A stretch of 63,784 nucleotides of DNA, the filler included, from Intoshia linei (taxonomy: Eukaryota; Animalia; Orthonectida), in the NCBI GenBank assembly GCA_001642005.1. It is 4 parts of 4 records of this genome, joined end to end, with 100 filler letters (N's around TTAATTAATTAA, not from the genome) between each part and the next. Parts side by side here need not be neighbours in the genome. Positions count along the whole stretch, not along the records: positions 28,082 to 54,156 come from LWCA01000481.1; positions 54,257 to 63,784 come from LWCA01001355.1; 2 more parts are not named here. One strand, given 5' to 3'. Under the pieces are notes generated by a model, which worked only from the letters and a program-made list of their open reading frames with translations, made no database searches and had not been told where the DNA came from. Of the stretch, positions 51,863-63,784 are shown piece after piece (position 1 is the stretch's first letter; every line of letters begins with the position of its first letter). The position numbers and the translations under genes are program-made.

Positions 51863-53700
51863 TTATTTCCTTATAACTATAAAAATAGTACAAATGAATC
51901 CATTAAGTGATAAAATTATAAATGATAGATTGACATCGAAAGGAAATGATAATATTTTCTGGGATATTGACCAAGAATATATTATACCAAAAAGGTATGG
52001 ACTTGCTGCTCTAAAATATATATTCATAATGATGATTATGAAATTTTCTTTAATTCATTAAAGTATTTAAAACAAACCTGATGAGTGAACACAATCCATA
52101 AAGAATTCCATTGAGTTTGCCGACTTTGTCTATAGATACAGAATTGTTGATAATCAGTGTAATTAATAGAAATATAAAATTTTTTCCTATTTTATTTATA
52201 GTTAACATAATTATTAAAACAAATTTCATCCAAAGTTTTCTATATTTAAAAATAAATGTAATACTACTATTAAATACGTTTTAACCAGGATTTGAATTAG
52301 AGGTAACCACATTGTAGTTAATATGACAAGCCAACACATCAAACAATATAACTAAAAAATTATTCAGATATACATGTATAGTATAATATATATGGTATAA
52401 TCAAAGCCACACAGAATACGATCGCTCAACCAATGAAACGTCGAATGATCATCGCTAAGATTATCAAACAATCCAACATATCAAATATAATATCAAATAT
52501 AATATCAAATATCAAACTATTATACAACAAAATATCAAACAAAATATCCAACAAATTATCATGCCTTTAAAAATATATCACTCCTATATAATTTGTTCAT
52601 TACATTTTCACGTGTCAAAGTTTACGTTGTATGGAATTTTTATAACACTTATTACGCTTTTTTGATACTCCAAAAAACGAATGACAGTGAGGCCTCTCAA
52701 TACCGCCACTATTTTTTCAATTTTGTAACAAACTTATAAGGAAAATTCTCAATACCGCCACAAATTTAAAAAATTTCAAAAAAAATTCGTCAAAATGTGT
52801 TAAAATATAACTTAAACTTTATACAAAAATATGGTAGCATTAGTTTACCATAAATTAGTTCATTATATATTTTACTTTATCGTTAATTCTACTTCATAAT
52901 TCATTCTATCCTCATTTACAACTAATTCAAAGTTTACATACGATTTGTAATATAGTTAATTTTTTAAAGCATAATAATTTTTTATAGAAAATGGCGAACA
53001 AAAAGAGATCTAGATTAAATTTTACAGAAAAATTTGAAATAATTCGATTTCTACAAATGAATAAAAAATAAAATTATTTACAATTCTTAGTTTTTTGTAT
53101 TTTTAAGATAATAATTATATATTATTCATAGTATATTATAGCTGTTATAATAATATAATAAACATATTCACTATTTTGTACTAATTCATCTTCTCTAAAA
53201 ATATTTGTATACTGTTAGGGAAGTCGACAATATATTTTTTTGAAACCACTGCTCTAATGGCCAACGAAGTGGCACATTATATATATTAGGTTGGTAATAA
53301 CTTTGTTATTAAGATTTATTCAAATCTAATCATAATGATGTTGAAGTTTAATCATTATTTACCTCAGTGATATTATATTTTTTTATAAATTTTGATGAAT
53401 AAAGAATAATCAATATCGGTGGCAAAATATAGGCTGCTATTAAATGGTTGGATAATTCTTTACTGTTAAGATGTAATCCGCCTGTAAAATCAATTAACGT
53501 TGTAATTATTTTTAATATACCTTTGTAAATGGATGTAGATAGCCAGGTAAAAATAATTGTATCAAGTGGAATAATAAGCAAAGATATAAAACAATAAGAA
53601 ATCACTGAACAAATTACATTACGTGTACTAAATAGTTAAGTTTATAAAATATACAATGGTAATAAGCAAAATCTTATGAACAGTTTCCGGAATTGACTGA
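51863..53700 (-). CDS. Second ZIFL-like MFS transporter, only the C-terminal half visible (tandem paralog of 40948-49566)
   Basis: Exons TRNVICSVISYCFISLLIIPLDTIIFTWLSTSIYKG|GLHLNSKELS...|LYCLMCWLV...|LIINNSVSIDKVGKLNGILYG|RAASPYLFGIIYSWS...FPFDVNLSF...RK* have the same exon structure as the downstream paralog. Confidence 0.8.
52685..53075 (+). mobile_element. pogo/Tigger relic, left end plus transposase N-terminus
   Basis: CAGTGAGGCCTCTCAATACCGCC terminus (related ends at 29943 and ~50133-50156) and ATG at 52991 encoding MANKKRSRLNFTEKFEIIRFL, a psq-type HTH start. Confidence 0.65.
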
Positions 53701-53754
53701 AAAATTACAATAGAAAAACAATCATATACAACATACTAAACTGATAATACCATA

Positions 53755-54155
53755 CCCGGGTTTTCTTCATATTGAACACATACTACCAGTTCCTCAACAA
53801 TATTATTGGACCAATCTTTACATCTACGACCGTCAAAGTGAAGACTTAATTTTTTGGTAGATATATAATTTTTTAATTGATTAAAATGTCTCATAAACAG
53901 GTTGCGTTTTTTTCTCCATATTGAGGACGTTAATATTCCACAATATCCAAATACATCATCTCATATTCCCTGACAGGTTCTGTAGGACAATTTGAATTTG
54001 GTACATAGGTTTGATGATAAAGTTTTAATATATATTTCACTCAATTCACCATTAATTATTCTAAAAACGAATACTTTTATACTTTTTTCAAACATAATAT
54101 TTTTCGAAGAACATCTTTTCTTGAGGGTATTTTATTTAGGTTCAAATCATAATCA
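53755..54155 (-). pseudogene. Degraded DNA-transposase fragment (hATm-like) next to an assembly gap
   Basis: Minus-strand frames PSRKDVLRKILCL and TSSIWRKK...KLSLHFDGRRCKDW...EELVVCV; LHFDG(K/R) is typical of this transposase group. Confidence 0.55.
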
Positions 54156-55418
54156 ANNNNNNNNNNNNNNNNNNNNNNNNNNNNNNNNNNNNNNNNNNNN
54201 TTAATTAATTAANNNNNNNNNNNNNNNNNNNNNNNNNNNNNNNNNNNNNNNNNNNNTTACACGCTTAAGCATTAAATTAGACGACCACAGTACTTTTTAA
54301 ATAATGTTAATTTAATTAAATTATGCGTTATAAATATTAAATTAGATGCTGAAACTATTAAATTAGTCGGAGCATTAAATAGTATCCATTTTATATTAAA
54401 TTTATTTGAAATAACCTTTAAATTTTGACTGTTCCATTAATAGTATTTAGAGTTGTCAACTGCATTATTTTCCCCCTGAGACTTCGGGTTAAGTGATAGT
54501 TCTCAGGGTAATTTAATTATTTGAATAAAAATCATCAAATCAGACATATTTTGTTTATATTAAATGAATATGCGAATTACAGTGTAATTACACAAAATTC
54601 AATATGCCTTATCATAAAATTATAAATACCGTGTTAGGAAAATTCGTTATCTATCACGAATAATCATCAGTTATTACTCAATTACTTAGTAATTTCGAAT
54701 TAATATATAATTCTATCTATTATTGATATTTAACGTGAAATACATCATTGTAATATTATGAGTCATCTATCTGAAAGTGAAAATGAAACCTCTAAGAAGA
54801 AAAAAACAATCGTACTTAACATCTTTTAAGTATTCATTTTGAAATTTGCGATAAAAATTGTGTGTAAACTGTTATTATTTTTTGAAAAAGAGACCAAAAC
54901 TAAAAGAGGGCCCCAAAAAATTTATTAAATAACAAAAAAAATAACACAGTTCGCTGCGCTTCAGCAAAATTTTACAAATTTTACAGATTTACAAATAAAG
55001 ACAATCAAAACTTTTTAATACGAAGAAACAATATTTACTCGGCTTTTATTTCAATGGATTGATTGTTTAGTAGTATTACTGGCATCTAAATTATAATTTA
55101 TATTGATAAATTTGCGACTATTATGTAATATATTTATTCAAATTAGGTTTAAAATAAAATTGAATTGTCAGCTTTGGTCAATGGAACTAAATAAAATCTT
55201 CATTAAATAAATTAATCCTATAAAACAAACTTGACGCAAAGTATTAAATGCAAAAATCAAAAGTTACAACAGAAATACGGTTTTGCTTATCTAAAGCTTG
55301 TAATTTTAATTGAAAAAGCTTTAGTATAACTATGATGCTAATCATTTTAAGTTAAAATTTAACAGAATTTTTGTAGTTCAGAAAAATTCACAGATTGTTA
55401 ATCGGGTATTTTTTTCCG

Positions 55419-58400
55419 TTAAATAGGAATTAGCATGTGCAACAAATTAAATGTGTTTACCTAAAATTCAAGGTAGAAAGGGCATATATATAAATAATTA
55501 CATTAATAATAGTGTTGTTTTTGCATTTTAAATCATCATTATTTTTTGGGTTTACGACAAAATTGTTGCAATCATCTTGTCTATTAATAGTAGAACAAGT
55601 ACTTACTTCTTTAAAGTAATGTTCCTAAAGTAAAACAATACATTTAGTTTTTTCAATTTCTCAAAAACTTTTAAATTATAAAATATACCTTTTCATTTGA
55701 GTGAATAGAATCAATACTAGTTTCACATACGCCTATTCCACTATCATAATATGTAATTTTCTTATTTTTTTTAAATAGTTTGTATTTAAATATTTTTGAA
55801 TAAACAATAATTTCTTCTAATAATGTCGTCTACAATTAAAGTTACAATACATAATTTTTATTAGTTATGCATGTACAATATTATTAAACTGTATATCGTA
55901 TTAATTATCGTATACCATTATAATTCGAATTACATTATTATACTTATGTACATTGTACATAATGTATATTAAGTGATTTATGTAAGCTTTTAAAAATAAA
56001 CTAATAATCATCAAATTAAAACATAAATCTGATTTATACTACTCAAAATTTTATAAATGGGACAGGATCCTATAATTATAATTCAGTAAATTAACTGTGT
56101 GTAATAAAAACTAAAATATAGCCTTATGTTAGCTTAGTGTTTGTATCGTTCGGATTAAATTTCGTTAGAAATTTTACCATTTGTTTAAGATAGTTTTCAA
56201 CATGCAGAAATATTTAAAATTGAGACAAAACGTATCAAAAAAAATTGTGAATCAACCCTATTACAAATTATGAAAACATTAGAAACCACTTTAATTATAT
56301 ATTTATATTATAATAAAAAGAATACTCACTTTATAACAATGTTCACGTAATTCGTGCCTAGTTATATGCTTTGCTGGCATTTGTTTTGAAAAAAAGCATC
56401 TTTGGCACATATTATATCTCAAGCATTTCATACATCGAAATCTAAAAGCCTAATTAATAATTATTGTATATTAAAACTGGAAGACTCAACAGAGTTGACG
56501 GATATAAAGATATTTAATTTAATTAGATTTAAAAGCGATGATTTTAAAGTGTGTGTTTTCGATGAAACAATAAAAAACAAACAAACAATCGATAATTCCC
56601 AATCTTTTCAGTTATTTAACATTAACAATAAATCGAATTAAAAACATTCAAAAATAATTTGGTTTTTCATCTTAAATGTCTAATATAAAATCCTTTATTA
56701 CCGTAAAAATAAAAGTGAATGTCTGAGTGTGTCTGTTACCGTTTATTTAAAATATGAACAGTCCTAAAATTTACAACAACCTAATTTCAAATAGAGTTTA
56801 TCGAGAATGATGTTTTAATAAAGGTTTCATTTTGAAAAATTGAGTCATTCAGGGTCAAAAATCCAATTTTCTCTTTTTTTCAAAAATAAAATGAGTCTAA
56901 AAATTTAAAAAAACAGAAATTCTGGGACGCGTTCAAAATCATTAACATTATCGTAAATATCAGCCTCAGACACCTACATCTTATGATCAAAACCACAAAT
57001 TACCCTTTTTTCAAAAATTGAATCCTATAAGTACTAATTAAAATTCTAAAATTTTATAAAGCATAAATTCTCGGATAGATTTTAAAATCATCAACTTATC
57101 ATAAATCGCAACCTTAAAATTGAATTTTCAATCAATTGAACAAATGAACAATCAAATAGAATTAAAACATTTCAAACAATATATAATATTTTAGGGACAC
57201 ATTTGTCACACCAGGGAGGGGCGGCCGCCCTGCACACCACCTATATGCGCTACTGAATATGGGTTCCAATCTCATAAATTGACCCCTTGTATTTTTTTAA
57301 ATATACACAATAATTTATAAATAAGTTTGAGTTGATATTTTAGTGTCAAATACATTTAAAAATTACCTTAAACCATAAAATGCAGTAGATAGACAAGCTC
57401 TACATTTGACATTATGTTTTTGAGTATTTGCCAAAATGATCCGATGATATGTTGGAACCCAAAGAATAAAAAATGGTTCATGTGACAACAATTTCACCAA
57501 CAATGTCCTAGATATATCATCTTTGAGTTCATTCTTTGACTATTTAAAATATAATAAAGCATTATTCAAAAGTTACCAGTAGCGTTAATTAATTTATTTA
57601 CTATTCTCGTGAATTAACGCGAAAAATAATTTAAAGGTATTTGTGATGTAGATACATACATGATGATATACTAATTATACAATAATATATTTTTATACTA
57701 CAAATTATGTACTCATAAATTACGTATAATGCAAACTTATAATGTATTACATACATATACTACATATTAGTCAGAAATTCTATTAATTAATTAAAATTCT
57801 GACTCAGAATATAAATAAATCTAGTGAAATTTTTCCATGATTCATATTCACAAAATGTGCGTCTTCGCCGAAAAAATCTTATATACTTAATTTATTATAT
57901 GACCCTTGTGGGTTTTTTTCAATTTTTCAGAATATACATTTTTAACATTCTCAATCACATAATACAATTTTGATGAAATCATCAACAAATGTTTGACATA
58001 CAAATGTCCTGTTTATAATATAGGCCAGTGTTTTATGATTAAATATTATTATTACAATGTACATTGTACATTTTACTTTTGTAATCATTGCATGTATATT
58101 TTTAAATAGGGAAGTATTTTATTTGTCAGTATTTTTAACAAAAATTGTCAGTATAAATATTAAAATGTCAGTAATAAAATGTACTTTGTCAGTATTCAAC
58201 TAAATATTTGTCAGTTTTTAATTTAAATACTAACAGTATATTTAAAGTACTGACACCTAAAATACTGAAAATCCATTATATCAACTGACAATTTAATATT
58301 TATACTGACAAACCATCTAAAATACTGACACATTACGGATTAAAATACTAACGCGATAAATACAAGCCTTTTTAATATTACCTGAAATATATTTTTAGAG

Positions 58401-61400
58401 AAAAATGTAGCATTCTTACTGCAGTATAATTCAGATTCTGATATCCAAATTGGTATAGACATGCAAATTTCCACAAATATAATGAACGAATTAAAATTAA
58501 TACAATTGTTGTCAGTTTTATTTAATAAAACATTATGCATTTCTAAAACATAAGATTTTACATCAAAGTATTAAGATAATTATTATAATCCTTATATTTA
58601 TGTTTTACGGTATAATTCAGAGATCCTCATCCTTTTTTATGTATGTTCACATTTTATAATTTTAATAATTTCGTGGCACCAAATTTATCCGTTACTTATA
58701 TAAAATTGAATGCCTAATTATTATGTATTTAATTGTTAATTATTTTACATTTTTTGTTTAATAAAATATTATATATATTAAAATATATAAAAAAATATAT
58801 GAATACTAAAATGCTTTTTTGACCGTGAAGATGTCACTTATTCTGATTGAAATTTTTTATGTGTGTTAACAGGAAACAACTGTACCACCTGTAAATTTTA
58901 TGAAATTCTAGGGCTGTTTTCATTAAAAAAAGGGTCATTTGGGGTTTTGGCCCGAATATATATTTTTTTTAAATTTAAATTTATGATTTTAAATCCGTAT
59001 CAAAATATACATTTTTTAAAATTTTCAAACTCGTTTGGTTTTTTTAAAAAAAATGACAATTAGGCTTTTTGACCCGTAAGCTGTGAGTTTGGGAGGTTGA
59101 AATTTATTTGGCTAACACCATGAAAAAAACTGTCATTGAAATGTGAACTTTATAAAATTTTAAGAGTGGTAGTTATTTAAATAAACGGTAACACACATAC
59201 ACAAACAAATATTGCAAAGCATATTATATAAGTAAGGATTTGCTCAAAGTTGCAATGTTCGCATTACAGGAACTTAAGATTTTACAGAAATGACTATATT
59301 AGGAAAAATGGATGAAAACTGTTAGAGAAAAAATGTTAAGAAAACAGAAAAAAGTAAATAACCGGTGTTTTTGGGACCAAAATGAAAAATATTTATATTA
59401 TTCCACAGCAAATTAAATTGGGACATTACCTATATATTTCTTTTTTACATTTCAAAAAAAGTCCTAAATAGAATCACCCTAATATACACCTAAACTTTTA
59501 TAAATTAAAAATACCCATATATTTATTATATAGTTTAGCTTTACAAAGTAAAATGAGAAAAATTTTAAAGTGTATAAATGATATTTGTCCAGTTCTATTA
59601 CTAAAATAAATAAAATAAAATAAACGAATAAATAATGCTAACTGATCAAATATATCAATAACGACATTTAAAATTAAATCAATTGAAACACTCAAAGCCT
59701 TCATGCTAATATTTTCGCCATAATTACTATTCGTAATTAAATTGAACAATTTGGTAAGATAACTGACAATGAGAGTTATAGACACATTTGAATAATTATC
59801 TAAATTCAAAAATTCTTTGCAATTTGAAACTGTAATAATTGCAGCGATTTTAATTTTATCAAGATACAATCGCCTTTGCAAAAATGCAATCTTAGTGGCA
59901 ACTCTATACGCAGCATATTTAATATAATTGAAATCCTCCAATCCTTGTATAATTATTTCAATCAAAGGATGATCCCATTGAGAATCGTTAGTGTAGTTAT
60001 TGATATAATATGGTGTTTTTTTATCAGATACAAAACGCTGCCATGGCTTATCCACAGATATATTCAAAAAATGTTGAGATTCGGAACCAAATTCTAAATC
60101 AATCTTTTCAAGATCACTGCGCCTGCTTTCCAATCCAATTATAAGAGTATCTTTCCTCTCTAGAAGTGTATTTCTAAAGGTATGAACCTTTTCAAAACAT
60201 TTTATTCCATTTTCAAACAATTGGTCAATCAAAACTTGTAATTTTATAAACATTTCATCATAATCTATTAACGATTTTTGCATATTTTTACAAAATTCAA
60301 TCTCATTATTTAAATCTTGAAGTAAAATTTCTTTGGTAGGTTTTAAATTATCAAACTCATTCATTTTTTCACGTAAATTATCATCACACTCTTTATATTT
60401 TTTATTAAATTCTGATAATAATTTTGAAACTACGTCAGAGTGAGTTGTCAACTTGTTTAATAAATTTTCCAAATCAGTCCAATCCTTTTTCAATTCTTTT
60501 AATTTCTGATAGGCTACATTTAAATTTCCAACCAAATTTTGCCATTTTGGAATAATGTTGACTGAATAAGATATAAAATTGGAAACGTCTTGTATGTTCA
60601 TTACACACTCTTTGTATTGATTGTATTTTGATACGTTATTTTTTATAGTAGTCAAATTATTACCGTATTCATCAACGGAAATATTTATTAATATTATAGA
60701 TTGTGATTCTTTAATGATATTACATACTGATAATTGCGTTTTGTTTAAGTGAATTAGAAATGTAGACCAATGATCATTGTTACTCAAAAATGATATCCAT
60801 ATATGATTAAATTTTTTTAAATGTGTTTGAATTAATGATTCTTTGTTGTCTATGTTTCCTCGTTCATCATTTTCGACATTTTCTATTGCATCTGTTGTAC
60901 TTTTCGAAATTGCATTTTTCAAGTTTGTTGTAACTTTATAATTATGTTTTGAAGCTGTGAAACTAAACGATGTTTTTTTCAAGATTTCTGGGCTACTTTT
61001 TAAGTCGAGTTTGAAAGATTGGTTGTAATCTTCTATGACATCATGGTTTAATTGTGTTTTCACTTTTCTCGAGTTTAAATTTATGTTGTATTTGTGACAT
61101 CGAATATCCTTGTTTACTTCCTAAAATTATAATTGTACATTTTACATTAGGTGAGCTGAAATAATCCTTATTATTATAAAATTAAATGTGCAGTGCGCAT
61201 GTCTGTAAAAATAAATTATAAGGCTTACAAAGCGCTCAATAGTTCAATATTTTCATAATTGAAAAAAAAACAAAAAATATTAAGAAAGTTAGGTATATTT
61301 GATAAGTTATCAAATCAAAAGTATGTACCTGACTTTGATAAAATTGATAAGTAATTACCATAATTTTGTTACATACATTTTTAAAAGTTTCTAAATAATT

Positions 61401-61560
61401 ATCCTTGCTTTCGTCTAGATTTAAATCACACTGTTTTTCTAAAACTATCAATTTATCATTTAAGTTTTCTGTCCAATCTATAAAATTGCTATTTTCATTA
61501 GCTAAGTCTTGACTCTCTACATTAAATGAAGTGTCCTGCTCCATCATTAGTCTCAAATTT
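55419..61560 (-). CDS. DMD: Dystrophin/utrophin-family gene, 3' portion (spectrin repeats, WW, EF-hands, ZZ)
   Basis: FGSESQHFLNISVDKPWQRFVSDKKTPYYINNYTNDSQWDHP (WW); FNYIKYAAYRVATK and DLILNVVIDIFD...RTGQI..FKI (EF region); EPFFILWVPTYHRI...HNVKCRAC (~57539-57367) and FRCMKCLRYNMCQRCFFS...H...HELREHC (~56441-56332, ZZ). Both ends are uncertain. Confidence 0.9.
56691..57110 (+). mobile_element. Helitron-like element, 5' fragment, in dystrophin intron
   Basis: A|TCCTTTATT...GAATGTCTGAGTGTGTCTGTTACCGTTTATTT start. Confidence 0.7.
58121..58337. repeat. Foldback-like palindromic array of TGTCAGT / ACTGACA motifs
   Basis: Five TGTCAGT units at ~20-22 bp spacing, followed by about five inverted ACTGACA units. 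Confidence 0.75.
58730..59238 (-). mobile_element. Helitron-like element with intact 5' terminus, in dystrophin intron
   Basis: Ends AAACGGTAACACACATACACAAACAAATATT...CATATTATATAAGTAAGGA|T, the reverse complement of the 22827 start. Confidence 0.8.
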
Positions 61561-62099
61561 CTAGCACCCCTTGTTATTCTATTAATTTAATTTAATAAAG
61601 TGTATACACAATAGGAAAGTGTTTTTCAATTGTGCTTTAGCAAATTTTTTGTGTGCCCAGAGAAAAATTCAAAATTAGTTATATACCATTTTACAAATGG
61701 TGAGGTCCTTTAAATTTTTTTTGTACTCACACAACGTTTTTTAAATTTTCAGCTTTTCCTATGAAAATCTTATACCATAGTAAAGATTTTTCATAAACAC
61801 TAAAAAAATATAAAATTTTTATTATTTTGTCATTTTCAATGTTTTAATTAATTTAAATTTTTTAATTCATCTTACATACGCACAATGGAAAAAAGGTTAA
61901 AAAACACTGCATTAAGTATCAAATTTGGTCACTTTTTCCATAAGATTGAAAAGTATTTTTCAGTATTGTTACATTTGGTAATTCTTAGTCAGAATCTGAA
62001 ATATTAGACCATAATTTTTAAAATTTAACTGGGCGATCACTTTTTTTGAAAAATTTTTTGTAATTATTTTTATCTTTTACTTACTATTCTTACGTACTA

Positions 62100-62313
62100 C
62101 AGTGAAATCTCTTTATAAACAAACCCCTCTATAAACAATTTATCATGCTTTTAAAAATATATCAATCCTATATAATTTGTTTATTACATTTTCACATTTT
62201 AAAGTTTACGTTGTATTGAATTTTTATGATACTTATCACGCTTTTTTGATACTCCCAATAACAAATTAGTCGTTAAATTTTAAAAATCGTTGGTTTATAA
62301 AAAGGTTTCACTG
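62100..62313. mobile_element. pogo/Tigger-type MITE inserted into a Helitron 5' end
   Basis: TA|CAGTGAAATCTCTTTATAAAC ... GTTTATAAAAAGGTTTCACTG|TA; interior repeated at ~52555-52680. Confidence 0.85.
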
Positions 62314-63270
62314 TATATAATTGAATGTCTGTGTACATGTGTCTGTCTGTTACAGCTTATTTAAAAACGTAATGAATGTAAAAAAACCAAAGTCAAATTT
62401 AATTTTCAGCAAATCATGTTTTTATAGATGTTTAAGTTCCAGAAATTGAGTCATTCAAGGTCAAAAACCCAATCTCCCCTTTTTTTTCGAATTAAATCAG
62501 TCCTACAATTTAAAAAAACATACTTTCTGAGATGCGTTTAATTAACATTTTCGTAAATCTTAGTATCAGAAAATTAGAGCTTCGCGGCCAAAACCACCAA
62601 AATGAAAAAAGTCCTAAAATTTTATATAACATAAATTCTTGCATAGAATTTTAAATCATAACCATTATCATAACTCGTAACCTCATCAAAGTGAATTTTT
62701 ACAAACAATTCCCAGATTACCCTTTTTTTAAAAAATTAAAATATTCCCAGAATTTCATATAAAATAACAGCTAATACAGTTATATCAAATTAAGACACAC
62801 AAAAAAATTCAAGCTAATAAAGTGACGCTTTCACAATGAAAAAAGCGCTTTGGTATTCATTATTTAATATTTTATAACTATTTTATTAACACAAACAATT
62901 TGAAATAATTAACGGTCCGATAATTTAAAAAAAAAAATTATTTTGATAGAGCTTATTCTAATTGATATAAATCCAAAATTTTAAATTAGAAATCTACGCA
63001 TTTCCGGTGAAAAATAATTTTTAATACATTATCAACCAATATTCTTCAAATATTACGATTAAAATAAAAATTGAAAATGTGAATATTGATCCTACAATTT
63101 CAAAAAAAATGTTCATTGAACGTCTACACATTTTCAATAAAGATTTGATTTGATTTTTGATTGCTACGCAATTTTTAAATTTCAAAGTCTCATTATCAAA
63201 ACATTTTGAATAAAATTTAAATAAAAACTACAACAACGAAACTAACAGTAATACAACTTTGTTACCAATA
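62314..63270 (+). mobile_element. Helitron-like element, longest copy in the window
   Basis: TATATAATTGAATGTCTGTG...TGTCTGTCTGTTAC start; colinear with 32811-33557 and the reverse complement of 30410-31305. Another partial minus-strand copy lies at 63545-63784. Confidence 0.8.
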
Positions 63271-63784
63271 AAAATTAAAAATGAAATTTAAATATTCATC
63301 TTACAATTTTAAAAAAAGTGGTAATTGACCGTATTCATATTTGAAATACAAAAATATGCATTTCAATCTCATAAATTAATTCCTTCTGCTTTTTTATCAT
63401 TGCTACGCAATTTATAATTTTCAAAAACTTACAAAGTTTAATTTAAACTTTTAATTCTAATTTTTAGAGTCAACATAAGTATAACTTTGTTGATTTATTA
63501 TAATAATATTATTAGTAATAATTTGTATATTGATTGTATATTGGGAATGCGTAGATTTCTGGGGTTGAAATTTTGTATTTATATCAACTGGAATAAGCTG
63601 TATCAGAATAATTTTTTTTTTNNNNNNNNNNNTAACACACTGTAACAAAATGAAAATTATATTGGAGCATTATGAATGGAGAGTCTCTATTGGAGACGTG
63701 TTCCTACTGAAATATGCTAAATTGGCGGAGAAAAATATATGAATACTAAAATGCTTTTTTGACCGTGAAGTTGTCACTTATTCG

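Noticed and set aside
52465-52560. Short ATATCAAA(C/T) tandem run
   Set aside because: Low-complexity minisatellite without unique spacers; not CRISPR-like.
1-63784. tRNA, rRNA, CRISPR arrays, prokaryotic operons or an alternative genetic code
   Set aside because: None seen. The conserved genes translate cleanly with the standard code once GT-AG introns are removed.

Overview
This is very AT-rich eukaryotic (metazoan) genomic DNA, not a prokaryotic window. Genes carry many tiny GT-AG introns (about 27-45 nt) plus some kb-sized introns filled with transposon debris. That architecture fits a compact parasitic invertebrate such as an orthonectid (inference, not verified). Hand-spliced gene models, in order: an OSR1/SPAK(Fray)-type Ste20 kinase with a CCT domain, a LAT/SLC7 amino-acid transporter, RPLP1, SLC25A38, CEP20/FOR20, POLR3H (RPC25), a signal-peptide + GPI-tail surface protein with about 45 N-glycosylation sequons, three intronless paralogous 298-299 aa orphan 7TM genes, two tandem ZIFL-like MFS transporters (one visible only as its C-half), and the 3' part of a dystrophin-family gene. 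Intergenic and intronic DNA holds at least 12 copies of a non-autonomous Helitron-like family, many hAT MITEs with 8-bp TSDs, and pogo/Tigger and hAT transposase relics. The most notable observations are the orphan 7TM receptor cluster interleaved with Helitrons, the LAT and RPLP1 stop codons abutting with 0 bp between them, a natural Thr-to-Asp change at the kinase's WNK phosphosite position, and the N-glycan-coated surface protein. Exon boundaries were read by eye and need RNA-seq confirmation.
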